From: Squalus acanthias
Lineage: Eukaryota
DNA length: 60,000 nt
Direction: 5' to 3'
NCBI GenBank assembly: GCA_030390025.1
Contig: CM059432.1
Coordinates: 135,596,001-135,656,000 of the forward strand
Shown: positions 10,243-24,732 of the stretch, piece after piece
Layout of the letters: every line of letters starts with the position of its first letter
Position numbering within the stretch: position 1 is the stretch's first letter
Translations under genes and position numbers: made by a program
Notes under the pieces: generated by a model
Database searches by the model: none
What the model was told of the DNA's origin: nothing
The model's input: only the letters and a program-made list of their open reading frames with translations

Positions 10243-13200
10243 ACATCTTAAATCCAAACCACATATTGCCTGCCACAATGAGGTTTGTGAGTCTTAAAGG
10301 AGAGGTGCTTACTTGGAGTCTGCCCCTGCAAGTCTGATAATAGTGGTACGGATGCAGACGTATGGGTAATGGGAAGTATCCTCACCAGTCACATTCCTTT
10401 AACTCTGCATTCTCTAATTACAAAGGAAAAGATAACACATAAACAGCACCAAAGAGCTGCAACTGAAGGAGAATCACCAATCCTGATAACTAACTCTGCA
10501 TGAAAAGGAAACGTTCCAGCTCACAGGAGACAAAACAGGAGGCTGTAGGAGATGGGGAAGTAGGAGGCGCAGTGGCAACTTCAGATTGGTAATGACAGGG
10601 CAAGGGGGAAGCACAGATTGTTTCAGATTTATGTGGATTGTCAATGTATAGCAATGGTCATTCACTCAGCCACTAGTTCTTCAAGGACTTGTGTAAGAGC
10701 TAAAGAGTTTCTGGGTTTTTGAATCATATGTTTTAATAGGAGCTAGCCCAGTTGAAAAAAATGAGTATATCTGTTCCTTTAGGAGATTTGAGACTGAATA
10801 ATGTGACCTTCCTTTTGTGGACCCTATAAAAATGTCTCCCAGGACTCTTATCGCTGCATCGACCACCTATGTCTGCTTTACTATGATTGAAATTTTTCTC
10901 AACAGAGTGCTGCACTGTGTTAATTGTAGGTCTGTTTTGAGCCACAGTTTCTTTTAACTTTTAGCAGTTCTTTTCTTTGTTAAATAGTTTATGCATTTAC
11001 TAGGTTTCAAATTCTGCAGCGAGTACAAAAAGACCATTCTTTGCTCAGTGGAATCGTTCAAGCTGAGATATCAGAAATGAATCAAGTTACAAAAAGCACC
11101 ACATGGCCATAAAAAAACAAAGAATAATCAATAAAAACAAGGATTTTCCTCCTCCTATGACCGTTTATTTTCAGTGGCAAAATCTAAGGAACAGCAGGAA
11201 GATCCTATTACAATTCAGATTTTCTCCAATATCTCTGTCCTACTGTGCACAATCTGATGACAGTTCTCATAAACAGATCATCTTCCTTAAAAAAAACTGA
11301 ATCCTGAATGTTTCACTGAGTTAAAATAATTTGGTTAGTCAATTAACTGTAATTGCAGTAAATTGCTTATTAGAGAATATGTAGAATGTCCACTATCTCT
11401 GTCAATTTGGACAAAATAAAACACTATTAAACGACTTTATGCAGGCTAAAATACTGTTTTCAATTTATTTACAAATAAAATGATACACAGAAGCAAAATC
11501 TTAGGCAAAATATTATATAGCATAATCAGCAATTTCCACTACATTCAAATTGTGTTGACTGTTCAAAAAAAGTCCCAAGTTTTCCCAAGGTTCTTCTCAT
11601 AAATTTTTATTGGTGATCTATATTGATGATTATAAGCAAAGGTTGCTTACAGAGCTCTATCCAATGCTATCCATAACAGTCTTTAATAGAATATGAGCAT
11701 CTCAGCAAACAATGGAATGTTGATCTGGGAATTTTGTCACTTCACAGTGGCATACACTCATTTTAACTACATTAGCCCTAAAATTCCCCTTGGGGTTCCC
11801 TTGGTCACCTGCTGGAATGGTGAAGGGAGACTCAGGGAACCCCTCCCAAAAAATGATGAAACCCAATGTAAACCAGCTATGCTGAGTCTCCACTGTATTT
11901 TGGCGGGATCCAATAGTCTCCTGCTCGAGTTATGGCGGGTGACCAGGAGAATCCCAGTGGAATTTCAGATCCATTGTTTTAAAACAGCCAACAGTTGGAT
12001 ACTATGGTTTTAGACTATCATTACTGGATGAAGTCGCAAGGTAGCTTTGCAGAGGATCCGAAGGAAACAAATAATAGGCTATGTGTTGGGCAGCCAAACA
12101 TAGATATGAAGAAGACAAAGGCTGACGACAATGGCAACTACAACACATTAGTTCAGACATTCACATTGATTAAGTTGACAAAGACTATTCGCATTGAAGC
12201 CAGCCACCAACTTTGTCTTAGAATAATGGAAATTTCATCAGGATATCCTAGAGATGCAGCTGGCCTATGCCATTTTTAATTAAGACAAATATCCTATTTT
12301 TTTATAATTGATCCTACGCAAGACCAATTTTCCCCCAGAAGTCTACCAATTGGACAAGTGAAGCAGACTCAGAAAATTTCAGCCAAGGAACACACCATTC
12401 CTAGCCAGCAACATGCTTATGGGGCAGAGTCAGGGAAAATTGCTTTAGGATAATCCAATATACCAGATCCCATCTTGTGACAAGCTGCTGATGCATTGGT
12501 AGAGTGCAGCAGTGCTCTCCTCAATGTCATCCAGACTAGGTCAGATGATCAGACCCCTGAGTGTCCATTACCTCTTCTGCTGTGTGCCAGGGGTTCTTCC
12601 TGAGGTGGCACTGAGATCTTTACAGATGGTAAGCCTTTGAATAACTTCTATGGAAGGGATGGAAGAACATCAGCAACAAATCATGATCTTTCTGTTCAAG
12701 TCCCAATTCATTATAATAGTATCTGTTCATTTTAACACCCAGATTGACTTTGTTCTGTAATTAAACATGCTGGTGGTTCATGTCAGAAAGCACACAGTAA
12801 TGAGCTTTCTACTTGCCTCATCAAAGCAGGATTTCATAGAGTTCTCCCTTCATTCTTGGTGGCATGAATGGGGAAAAATGGCTTGTGATACTCAGTTGTC
12901 AGGTGTTTTCAGAGACACTTGGCCAAAACCAACATTACAATCGCACATCAGGAAATTCAACAGAAAATATACAGAAATGTACCCCTTGATAAAGTCTAAA
13001 TAGCAGGACGAAGTATGGTTCAGCTTCTACCTCCATGGCATAATGCATCAATTTCTCAGTTACCTGAGGAGATCTTCCAATTGTGCTTGTTGAGGAGGTC
13101 AAGGGGAGAAGAGGGGCCACCTGGGTACAATACAGGGAAGATTGAACAAATGAATAGCTTCATTTTATGGACAACTACAGAAAGTTGGACATGGCATTAG

Positions 13201-14091
13201 TTCTAGTTGACAACATGGGACCTCCCATAGTTAAAAAGTAAGTGAAAAGGCACTTACTTCCTGGATGCAGCAGTCTTCGCCTTGCTGTAGCTGGCGGGTT
13301 TCACGAGGTGTGCAAAACCCAACCAGCTACAGTTAAACACTAAATGAAGGTTAAAGCAGAGGCTTCCAGCCTAATTATAATATTTTAATCGACAACCCGC
13401 CTCCTGGCAGCGGATTGGCTGCCTGCCCGCGCCCCCCCCCACCCCCGTTCCGCCGCTGTTAAAACCAGAGGTGGGCGGGTTGGAGGCGGGTTCAGGTTGG
13501 GATTCACATTTTTAGCACTTTAACTACCCCCATGTTCCCAACCCACCCGTTGTTTTGGTTAAAATTCCCCCCTTGTCTCAATATTGAGGTTGTAACCCAT
13601 GACACTGTAGTACGAGTATATTTGAAGATTACAGCAAGGCCATTTGTGACACCCTAAATTACTGCCAGAATGGAGATGATTGGGTAATTCCCCTGTCAAT
13701 CATGCCTGGAGACCGCACTGCTGTAAGTGTTTTCCGCACAGCATTTGTATGAAGTAACTATCCTCCGCTCACTGCATTTTGCTGGAGAAATAATCGGGAG
13801 GCTATGTTGTAGTTTCGGTCGTGAGTTCGGTTTGCTGTAGTTCATAGAGACTCTGTTTAAATAGACTCTGTTTGCTGTTTGCTGAGTAAATAGACTCTGT
13901 TTGCTGTAAGTATGGCCCCACCTCAAACTCATTGGCTGACACAGTGGTGCCAATACTCACTTTGGCCATTTATATTGAAATACCCTAAAACAATCTCATC
14001 TCCACTCTGACCATTAGCATAACATTGGCTAGGACTGGTGTTCCTTGGGAGAATTCCTCCAAGTATATTTTACTTACCTATGTAAAATCTT

Positions 14092-14264
14092 GGGCCTAGA
14101 CATTCGTCTCAGGCGGTGGGGCAAAACGGGTGGTATCGGATTGGCCGCCCGTTATACACAGTGCCTGATATGCAGTCAACGGAACTGAACATCAGGCGCT
14201 GCGAATAACGGCTGGCCAACCCGACATCACCTATTTTGCACCACTGAGACAAATTTCTCGGTCC
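14092..14264. mobile_element. Short MITE (probably Harbinger-type)
   Basis: Imperfect TIRs gggcctagacattcgtctcag / ctgagacaaatttctcggtcc; same TIR family at 59789-59969. Confidence 0.6.
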
Positions 14265-15434
14265 GTGTCAGACTTCCTTTTCAGAGCAAGTACATCTCTG
14301 GCAAAAGATCAAAACAATTAAAGTCCAAGGACCAAATATAAAGGATAATTTACAGAAGGCATCTAGGATCGGCATGCTATCCTTTAACCTGAGCCTTGAA
14401 TTTAAATCTGGCTCCAAGTGATGTGATAAGGATTTCCTCTGCACACTGGCCAGAAAGGTTGTAAGTGAGGCTGCAGTCTCAAAACTATTCCTGGAGCACA
14501 AACCATAGCACACAGTACAAAACTGAGGTGGGAAGCGAAAAAAGTTTATATCGGTGCAGTAGGAATCCTCTTCTGAGATTGAAACTGAAACGGATGAGGA
14601 TAGCTTAGAAAGAGCTATAAACTGCATCTGAACATGGAAATGCAGATAATAACCTGGCTATTGAATGAGTCATATTCAAGGATTACCTCCAAAGTTATGC
14701 AAATTAGCTTGTCTGTCTGTGAACCTTCCACAATAAAATGTTCTCTAACTATATGAGTGATAGAGGTACATTTTATGATGCCAGAAGAATTAGGCATCTT
14801 ATTCTTGAAGTCGACTTAGGTACTGTAATATTTGCAGAAACAGTTATGCTTATGAGATCTTAAAATAAATTCCACTGAGTTGAATGAAGCTACTATTATC
14901 ACCTCTTTATAGATCTATTTTCATTAGGGGAATATCCTGAGTTCGGCTTTATGAATGTTATCTGGCATTGAAGCCTCATGTCAAACCCTTAATCCTGAAT
15001 ATCCGATGCTGCATTAATCCCTGTATCTCCCTTTGACCTTAGAAGACAATACCATTCTTGGTCTTTGCCTCAGCTGAATGGATTGGTGAGTTCCATGTTA
15101 ATTACTTGAAATCCCATACAAAACTTTTATCTGGATAACAGGGATCTCTTTGGCAACAACCATGATAACAGACATTGCATAGGTTTGAAAGCGATACAGG
15201 AAAGTATCATTATGCGAGCATGGATGGGATCCTCTCCAACTATGTTCAGAAGGCGAAAAACTTTGGAACATTTGTACATCTTGCACGATTAAAAAAACAC
15301 AATTTTTCTGGATGATATGCGGAGCTTTGCTCCTGAGTGGGAATGCTCACAACCAGTTTGCAAGCACTGATGGGGAAGCTTTAGGTGTCTCTATTCCAAG
15401 CCAAATCCAACAGTGACTGTATTGCCTTCTTACA

Positions 15435-15442
15435 GTGTCAGC

Positions 15443-15481
<39 letters not shown>

Positions 15482-15865
15482 AGTTGTAGGTTCAAGTTCC
15501 ACTCCAGGGACTTGACCGCATAAATCTAGGCTGACACTCCAGGGGACTGCTGCACTGTCGGAGGTGCCGTCTTTCGGATGAGATGTTAAACCGAGACTCT
15601 GTCTGCTCTCTCAGGTGGACATAAAAGATCCCATGGCACTATTTCGAAGAAGAGCAGGCGAGTTATCCCTGGTGTCCTGACCAATATTTATCCATCAATC
15701 AACATAACAAAAACAGATTATCTGGTCATTATCACATTGCTGTTTGTGGGAGCTTGCTGTGTGCGTTTCCCACATTACAACAGTGACTACACTCCAAAAG
15801 TACTTCATTGGCTGTAAAGTGCTTTGAGACATCTGGTGGTTGTGAAAGGCAAGTCTTTCTTTCTT
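15435..15865 (+). mobile_element. tRNA-derived DeuSINE (SacSINE1-like), nearly full length
   Basis: Pol III A box TGGCTCAGTGG (15445-15455), B box GGTTCAAGTTCC (15489-15500), Deu-domain-like ctttcggatgagatgttaaaccgag...aaagatcccatggcact, tail aagtctttctttctt. Confidence 0.85.
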
Positions 15866-18800
15866 ATCACCAATTTTCAGTGTGTAGATGCCTTATACGA
15901 ATCAGAGATCATTCTATCTCTCGGCATCACCTTGGCCAACTTTCAACTTTTCACCAAGAATTTTCATAGGATACCTTAGAAAGCAGTTTCAGGGATAACT
16001 CTTTTACACCTTTAACAAGCATTGATAGGCTTCCTAATGGATAAGCTGATTAAGACCAGGAAAATTTCAGGTACAGACCTCACTCTGTGCTGAGTTAGCT
16101 GATCTGAGCTAGACAGGATACAGGTTCTCCAATTGGCCTCTGCTGTCATGGGTTAGGGAAGAGAACATTGGCTTGGGTATGTGCGTCTTTGTGCATGTGG
16201 GAACATTAGGTGAGGGCAGGTATCAGGCTCTCTGTAGTTGAATAGCTTGCTGGCGCTCACATGGAAGATTGGCCATTTGAGAGAAATACAAGAGGGCACC
16301 TGGTATTGGTATAGCCATAAAGTATCAATAACTTTGGGGAGAAGAAGGGGAAGGGGGCAATATTTAAAGAAAAAATAAACATTAATATCTTGAGTTCTTT
16401 GCCAAGGGAGACATGCAGTTTATACAACCGTGCTTTATGTTGCTCAAATTTCAGGGTAAGCTGATTCTACTGCCTCCAGATGTGGTACTTCTGTAAGAGT
16501 ACATCATGATAGATGGAAGATATGGAAGAAATCGACTACACACTTGTGGCTGTCGTAAATTTTATTTTTCAAATAATATACTGTACCAAATAAACTTTCC
16601 TCTTCTGCTTTTAGATCTTCCATTCGACAATAATTGAGTTTGGGATATTCTGGGTATGTTTCACTATCTCTATAAATAGGCAAATTTATATTTTCTTTTT
16701 GATCAATTATTTTGTGGCAATGCTGGGGAATGGGACATTTTTTCCACCTTTGTCTCCTAGCATCAGCACTTAGCATTCTCTGATCCAGGGCTCCCAGTTC
16801 CTCATCCTTAATTTTTTAAACCAAGAAGTTCCTGCGTAGCTTTAAATATTTTCTTGTGAGTATTTCCTGTGTACTGCCAAAAACCTAACACAGTCTGTAA
16901 AGAATGGAAACATTGTGATTGCGCTGCTTTTTTTGCTGAATGGCAAATCACAGTTAACTTAAACTAACAAAAAACAAACATCCTTCAGACCATGTGCAAG
17001 TCAGTGCTCTTAAGTTGGAGAGCTCCTATCTGCCAAGAGAGGATTGATCCAAGTTTGAGTTGGAGAAGTTGTCCCTGTACAGAACAAATTTTAAGGAAGG
17101 TTTTCCTGGGTGCACGCAGGAATTTTGTAGCACCTGGGAACCCTACAATACCACTAAATGGAGAGTGCAGCTTCTGCTAGTCTACTTAATAATAGAGTAG
17201 CAGTATAATAGCAGTCTCAAGCCAGTCCCTAGTGAACGCAGACAACTTCCCAAAACACTAGCATCTCACAAGAGAGGTCATAAGGTGTGGGAGTGCACTG
17301 GTGCAGTAGGAGGTGCTCTTCTGCTGTGTACCAGGGGGTCTTCCTGAGGCGACACTGAGATCTGTACAGAGCGTAATATATATCTTAAATAGATACTGCT
17401 GAAACTAATTTCACGCAAGGTCCTTACAACGGTAGAAAGAGAAAACTTTCAAGGCTGGATTTAAAACCAAGTCCTAGGGGTCAAAAAGCATTGCACTAAC
17501 CCACTGAACCACCTGGTCCCTAATCTCCAAACTGCTTTAAAATTAAAAAAAAACCTTTGTGTTTTTTTGTGGATAAAGTTAAAAAAAAGTTTTCTCTCCT
17601 CCTTTGATCCGAAGGGAAATGAGACGTGGGTGGTCTCGTTGCAGAAGTTTGCGTCAAATGCCTCCGACAGCAAAAGAACTGAAGGGAACTGCTTAGGAAA
17701 TGCTCCTGCAGTGTACAGAAAAGAAAAGCCGTGCAGCGTGAAATCTGTTAAAAGGACAGGCATCTATGGGATTTTCCTAATTGGCCTTGCTATTTCATCT
17801 ACAATGTTTGCAACATTCCTTCATTTCATAAAAAGAGGACAATTACGCCTAAACTTTGGAAAGCGTTTTTTTTTTCCACTTTTTGTCATAATTTTTTTGG
17901 AGATAACAGGAATAAACAGAATGCATTTCAACATTCATACTGGAAAAATTATTCATACTCATATATGTCCCTCAACTAACACACAGATTGAGCTCTCCCA
18001 AACTAGTGGGTACACTTCAGTTATTTACTTAGTACCTAATGTGCAACTGTAATAATTACAACTATCTGTATTGTTGCCATTCTTCAGGGTTGAGATAGGG
18101 AGAGAAGGAATAAAATAAGGATCCCGCTAAATCCTTACTTTCCATTCATGTACAATCTTATTGTATGCTGAAATTATCAAACAGTTTTAGATTAGCATAC
18201 AAAGAAAGAGAATCATACATTCAGAATTATTTTTACTGATTATGTCACAGCAAATAGATAATTTGCTCTAAATGTGCAATTTGCCAAAGCTTCTGTATCC
18301 AGGAAGTCTATATTAGTGTAGGCTAAGTTCAAGCTCCCCAAGTACAGATCCACAGGAAATGTGATAGACAACACTAAGACACAATGTGGAAGGTTTGGAT
18401 CCTGCACTATGTTGATTACAGGTATTAAGTGATTATTCTTCCAATTATGGGAGAAGTCAAGAAGATGAGCAAGAATTCTCCATTTATTGAACTCTTGCAA
18501 TCCACCCCACGAGCTTCGTGACACAGCTGGATTCCAATACTGGAGACAGAGTGGGTGAAGTAGAAGTGGTGTAAGATTTTCAGCTGCCTATCAGAGCCTA
18601 TCACTTGTGGTATCAGAATGTACAACATATAAAGACCATACCCTTTTGATCTCAATGTGGTTTAGTATCTCTACTCCATATTAATCCTACTCATTGGATT
18701 CATAGCTAAAAAAAATAGGGCAAAAAGTAGTGCATCCCCCGTTGAACCTGGCTATGTTCAGCTGAGTTCAGTTGCATAATGCTCAGCCAATTACAAACCA

Positions 18801-19520
18801 CTGCGTTTTCAAACATTCTTTCTTAACTCGCCATTATGGCCTAATCAGGATCTCCCACCAACAGTGAAGGGAAAAGATCAGCATATGGCAAAACACAGAT
18901 CTGAGGCATTTTAGAACTTCCGGGGGATGTTGTTTGATCCTACCAATTATTACAATGAGACTTTCGCTTTGAAGTGTTTTTTTCAATAGCTCCAGATATG
19001 ATACCTCTTATTACAGTCTCCATCCTCGGAAAGTGCTTATAGAGCACTAATGATACAGAGATAGTCTTACCTGCTAACGACGTTAAAGAGGCACAGTCTT
19101 CACGATAAAAAAAAACCTTGATTGACTTTTTGCACTTCTTTGCAAAGACATGGCATAATGAAATAAATCTCACTGAATTGCATCAATGCATTTCTTGCTT
19201 GTAACATCATTGTGCAAAAAGATGCAAAGTTAATTTGGCTTTTCTTCTTTCCCAAAGAAAAAAGTATTTTTGATCACCATGTTGCTCCTTTAAGTTAGTT
19301 TGCCTGTCAACCAATTCATTGTTTGATATCTTCATTCAAATATGTGATATTTCCACTTCACCATATGTCATCTGACAGTCTGCAAATGCTCAGCATAGAT
19401 GGAGCATAGAATTGAATGGTGCTGTGGAATAAACTTTTAAGAAACCATTTTAAAATGGTGAGGATGTCATTTCGGCCTCGTCCTTTGAATAATGTAAGAA
19501 TTAACACACTTTTGGGATGT

Positions 19521-19756
19521 AAAGAAAGAAAGAAAGACTTGCATTTCTATAGCGCCTTTCACGACCACCGGACGTCTCAAAGCGCTTTACAGCCAATGAA
19601 GAACTTTTGAAGTGGAGTCACTGTTGTAATGTGGGAAACGCGGCAGCCAATCTGCGCACAGCAAGCTCCCACAAACAGCAATGTGCTAATGACCAGATAA
19701 TCTGTTTTTCTTATGTTGGTTGAGGGATAAATATTGGCCAGGACACCGGGGAGAAC
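19521..19756 (-). mobile_element. DeuSINE 3' half
   Basis: Reverse complement of ~15660-15865, with aaagaaagaaagaaagacttgc tail. Confidence 0.85.
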
Positions 19757-22700
19757 AAAGTATGAAATGGGCCCTTTAACCAGGGTGCTCAGACAAGTCC
19801 CAAGTCCAGGACTTCACAATGGGACAAAATTACAGAGCCTTCACTAGGGGCTCCAACTGTAAACTATGGATCTGGGGGAGGAGAGATAGGCTAAACTAAA
19901 TTAAACAATGTTATGGTTATCCTGATATTGTCTGATTGACAACCTAGATCACAAAATATTCTTGTGTTATGGAATCCCTGCTCACAGCGCTGTCTGATTT
20001 CTTAGCTTCTGCACTCTGTTTCTCTCAATGCAGATAATAAAATACAATAGTAAATTTTATGATTTAGCTTTCCCAACAAGGAGCCTCGCTTGACAGGATG
20101 ATAGATTGGACAATCGATTACGGAGATCAGTATGCGTGATTCTCGGTCCTCTCAATTTTTTGGTCATTGCAATTAATAACCAGAAAACTGAGCTCATTGA
20201 CCCTGTGTACCCAATCTGCCTTCCTGTCAAGCAAGGTTCCATACTAGGAGTGCTAAATTGTAACATTTATCCCATACATTAATGTTAGATGATGTAACAA
20301 TGTGCAACTCTGGAAAGAGTACAATGCTTAGTTTGAAGATCCTACTGAATGGGAACACAGAATTTGTTTAATTCGAGCTGTTGAAAATGTTACCATTTAT
20401 ATAAATCTTTGTATTTGTCTAATTTCAGCAAGTTTATTTGATGGCCTCCACTGTATGCAGATTGGAATCTGTGATATTGACTGCACAACTGTTGCTGAGT
20501 CTAAGTAATCTGCTTTTGTCTTCATTAGTTCTGCCCAACATTCCATCCACACCTGGTAATGAGAAGAGGGTTTTGTTGTGTGCTGAATGAATGGGGTTGT
20601 GAAGCTGTGAGACTTCTGTTACATTATATCATTTTTAGTCACATTGGGCCTGAAATTCCCATAGGGGCCTAGGTATAAGTGGGGCTGATTCCCCCATCGG
20701 AAAATGGGTAGGGCCTGGTTCTAAAAAGGTTCTGCCCCATTTGCGTCTTAAGGAGAAATTCCAGTTGGGGAGGTACATGGGCGATGTGTTTAAGGGTTTT
20801 TTTTTGTGGTGGGGGTGGGGGGGGGGCAGGGTTGCGAAATGTTTCCACGCTTTCCCTAGGCATTCCTCCCAGTATGTCCTTTAAACACCTCAATGGAACT
20901 CATGCTAGCTGAAAGATGACACAAATCCCACTGAAGCCAGGAAAAGCCCTCCAAACTGTCCCACCTAAAAGTAAACGAGCGCCTTGAAAAATGTCCAGAT
21001 GGCTCCATTGGGAACTGAAGATGACCTTTCGGTGCCATCAGAGCAGAATTGCTTTTGACTTTTTTGCCAGCAAATCAGACAAGTGCTGCTGATATATTTT
21101 CCCCAATATGTGAATGACCCCATCCCTGTAACTTGGGATGGATCTAGTGCCTCCTAACTTGGGTGGACTTACAGTCTGCTCTGCCACACTTCAATATTTG
21201 CTGCACCCATTTCAGCAATTGTGAAGTGCCTTTCTGTATGTGGTGTCGGAAATGCAAAATTCAGATGATCCAGGTTCACGTAACGATGTTAGCAAAAGGT
21301 TTGACTGCAGCATCAATTAAGGTGTGTGGAGACACTGGAGGAAAAAGTGTGGGTTTTGTGCTGTGCTTGTGTGACTCCTATCACTGAGTTCTGTTTTGCT
21401 ATGGCAGCACTGTTCTTAGAGAAGTGCTGTTTTTATGTACCCTGTGCAGTACTTTGATACTCTTGCAGTATCATAAATATATACAATTTCAAAGTAGTAT
21501 GAAGGAAAGTTGAATCTAATATGTTATCTAATAAGTTTATAGATCAAAACAAATGGATCAATAAGTGGAAAACCATCACAACATAGAGAGTATTTATAGT
21601 TTTTCCTATAATATAAAATCTTGTTTCATACTTCCTTTTAGTCCTGTGACATACAATAGCAAAAGACTTTAATCATAAACCATTACATTTCAGCTTGTGA
21701 TGAATTCTAATACATCGAAGAAATATATAAAAACGATATAATCCAGTTACAGAAATCTGTCCAGAAAGCCAGAAATAGCCAGGTCCCCTGTGCATGTAGC
21801 ACAATGATGCACTGCTCTTGTTATGATTTGTGTTTTTTTTAATATAAAGTACCGTTTTTCTGCTCAGTGGTTTCACAGCACTTCCTGTGACTGGACCTTG
21901 TTCCCATGAAACTAAAAGCTAATGTTTCACATTGCTTGCCCTTGCAGGGACAGCATGACTCATGGGTCGAACGATTAACACAATCGCAATAAATTGTTTG
22001 CTGAAATATATATAGTGCCTGCTATATTCTCAATTCGTTCTGGAATGGTGGAAATACAAGATAGAGTTGCTAAAATTAACTACAGTATTTAGTTCCAAAT
22101 TTAAAAACAAAATGAAGCACAAAAAACAAGCAAACATTACAGAAATTATTTGTGTCCAACACTCAAGAGCCAGGTATTGGGGCTACAAATCTCAGATCTG
22201 CAGTAAATATTCTTTTGGGTTCAGCATCACTGGTCACTCCTGTAAGCGGACCTCGCGTCCCCTACAAACTGGAGTGCACCTTCACCGCCCAATATTTAGT
22301 ATGAAAGTGTGACCCAAGGATCATAACAAGACCCCTCATTGTACATATTGAATACTGTGATCTCTTATGTGCCACCATGCACATTTCTCCTATCTTTTGG
22401 AAGGTGGACTGATAAGCATGCTAGTGAGATGAGGCCAATTGTAAACTAACAAACTAATTTATTCTTACATGACATGAATGACACAAATGTAGTTTTCCAG
22501 TGAGGATCAATCAATCCCCTACTGGTCCTCTTTCACTAACCCATTGAACTTTCCCCTTGGTGCCCTCATTTGTTATGCAGAGCAGCTTTGTAGCACGAAT
22601 ACCACTCCTGATTGGGCCAGAAATTTAGTGCTTGTGCAGCAGCCAGTTCTGGGGAAACATCTGTTTTTCTGCAGGAGCGCAGCCTCTGGGAAAACCTCTG

Positions 22701-23929
22701 CAAGAACTCAAGCACCATCTTTACTCCAAACCACTCTGTCAACTCACATTGCCTGCCACAAGGACTTCTACTAGTCTTCAAGGACACTTCATTTAAAGGG
22801 ACAATGCACCTTCACCTCTCATCATCATAGAATGCATGGGCTCATATGAGGGATATGTACATGCCACTCACATGCATTTAACATTGTCGTCTCTCCTTCC
22901 AAAGGAAAAGGTGCCCCATAGCTAGCACCAGAGACTTTCAATTGGGGTAGGAGCACCAACACTGAGTCTACATGAGCAGGAGGTGCTGGAAATCATAGGC
23001 AATCAGGAAAGGTTGTAGGAGATGACAATGGAGAGTAATATCGGGCGGGGTGTAAAACCGATGTTCCACCCGATCCCGTGGGTTACCCACCTGACGGGTT
23101 AGGTCAAAATTACCCCTAAGAAGCATCTTTCTCCTGCTCTCACTTAGTTATAGACATCTCCTTATGAATAACAAGCCACATGATCTCTCAGATGAACTTT
23201 TTGAATAGCAAAAGCCTCTAGTGTTCAAGCACAAATTCTCTTTAATCTCAGCATTGCATATGAAAGGAACATTACTATTTCATCGTTTAACAAAAATGTT
23301 ATTCCCCTCCCCCATATTATTCTAAAATGAAATACAATGTTACAAAAGTACAGCATGAAATGAACTCTTTTTACAATACAGTGATGAAAATATTCACTTT
23401 CGAATGCTGACATAGAACTCCAGCTGGGACATTCACTTGTTTGCTCAGCTGCAACAGCCCACAATCACACGTTCTCAATTATTGCCTCTCATGCTATGCA
23501 TAAATGCACACTTCACACCATCTTCTTCATTAAACACCCGATCAAAGACTAAAGTAGATGCACTGGAGTTGGTTGGCAACTTAAATCCAGGTCATAATGC
23601 ATTTTGATTCTGGTTACACAAGATTTTCCAAAAATACACACAACCGTACCAGGACAAAATGTACATTTTTGGCACAACAAGAATACAAGTTCCACTGGGT
23701 GGTTAATCAGCTTTGCAGGAGTTGTAAATTCCACTGTAGATATTTGGCTGCAAATAAGAGTAAATTTTCTGGTCCTGGCACTTTAGCGCCAAGACCAGAG
23801 GGACTGATGGAGTGCTAACAAGTGGAGTGGTTTAAACCCACCCTCCATTACATCTAGAAATGGGCTGCCTTAGGCACTGTTAGTCATGGAAGAGAAAAAG
23901 AATTAGTGCCCAGTCAGCCTCCAGACATG

Positions 23930-24222
23930 TGGTCTATGTGATTTCCTGGACTATTTCCCATCGCCTTAGGGGGTCAGAGATGAATTTCCCAGATTGTTTC
24001 CCCGCCAATACCCCCCAACCCCCCCCCCCCTCCCCCGCCACCCCGGATTGGCCTTGAGTTTTTTCCTGGGTATTTGCCTCTCCCAGGAGATTACATGACT
24101 GATGGTGGGCAGGTGGGTATGTGTGGTGGTGGGTATGGGTGATGCTCCAGGCATTGCAGTTCTGTGGGGCAGGCTCAATGGACCAACTGGTCTTTTCCTG
24201 CCTGTCGATTTGTATGTTCATA
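23930..24222 (+). mobile_element. Retroposon with CR1-type 3' end
   Basis: Ends ggcaggctcaatggaccaactggtcttttcctgcc...tgtatgttcatat, resembling the CR1 terminal hairpin and repeat. Confidence 0.5.
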
Positions 24223-24732
24223 TCGTTGTATTACAGCATTGCAACAGACTCCATTCCAACTATTGTTCTATATGTTATCAACTTGGTGTTTTGTATTTCT
24301 ACATAGTAGCTGAGGATGTTAGTACAGATTTTATTTATTTATATTTTCCCGCTCATTTTAATCCCTCTCCTCGAGACTCGCTCATGTTAGGGTTTAGTTC
24401 CACTGGTATAAACTGCTCCCTCGTAGGGAAAGTGTCAGACATATCTGTGGGGTGCAAAGCATGTCAACTGGCTCAAGCTTCACGCTCACTAAAAAGCAAC
24501 CAATGATTAAACACTTAAACGATCACAAAGCTACAAAGGGAATGTCATTAACTCTCAAACAATTTCCATACATTAAAAATAGGAAAAGAAAGCCTTTTAT
24601 CATTCCCCCCTCAATTGTCACCCCCACTCCAGCATTTTAGGAATTCTTGGCATGGAAAGTTTAATTCCCACACCTCCTCCTATTCGCTCCTGTTCCCTGC
24701 TATCACCTCACCCTGTGACATACTGTCAAAGG

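Noticed and set aside
13843..13907. Short repeats of agactctgttt / aaatagactctgtttgctg, superficially array-like
   Set aside because: Local tandem duplication with 2-3 units and no spacers; not CRISPR in a vertebrate context
14268..15350. Possible decayed coding sequence with an acidic stretch (ESSSEIETETDEDS)
   Set aside because: Multiple stops and no family I could identify
15435..15510. tRNA gene
   Set aside because: A and B boxes are the head of a SINE and continue into the Deu domain
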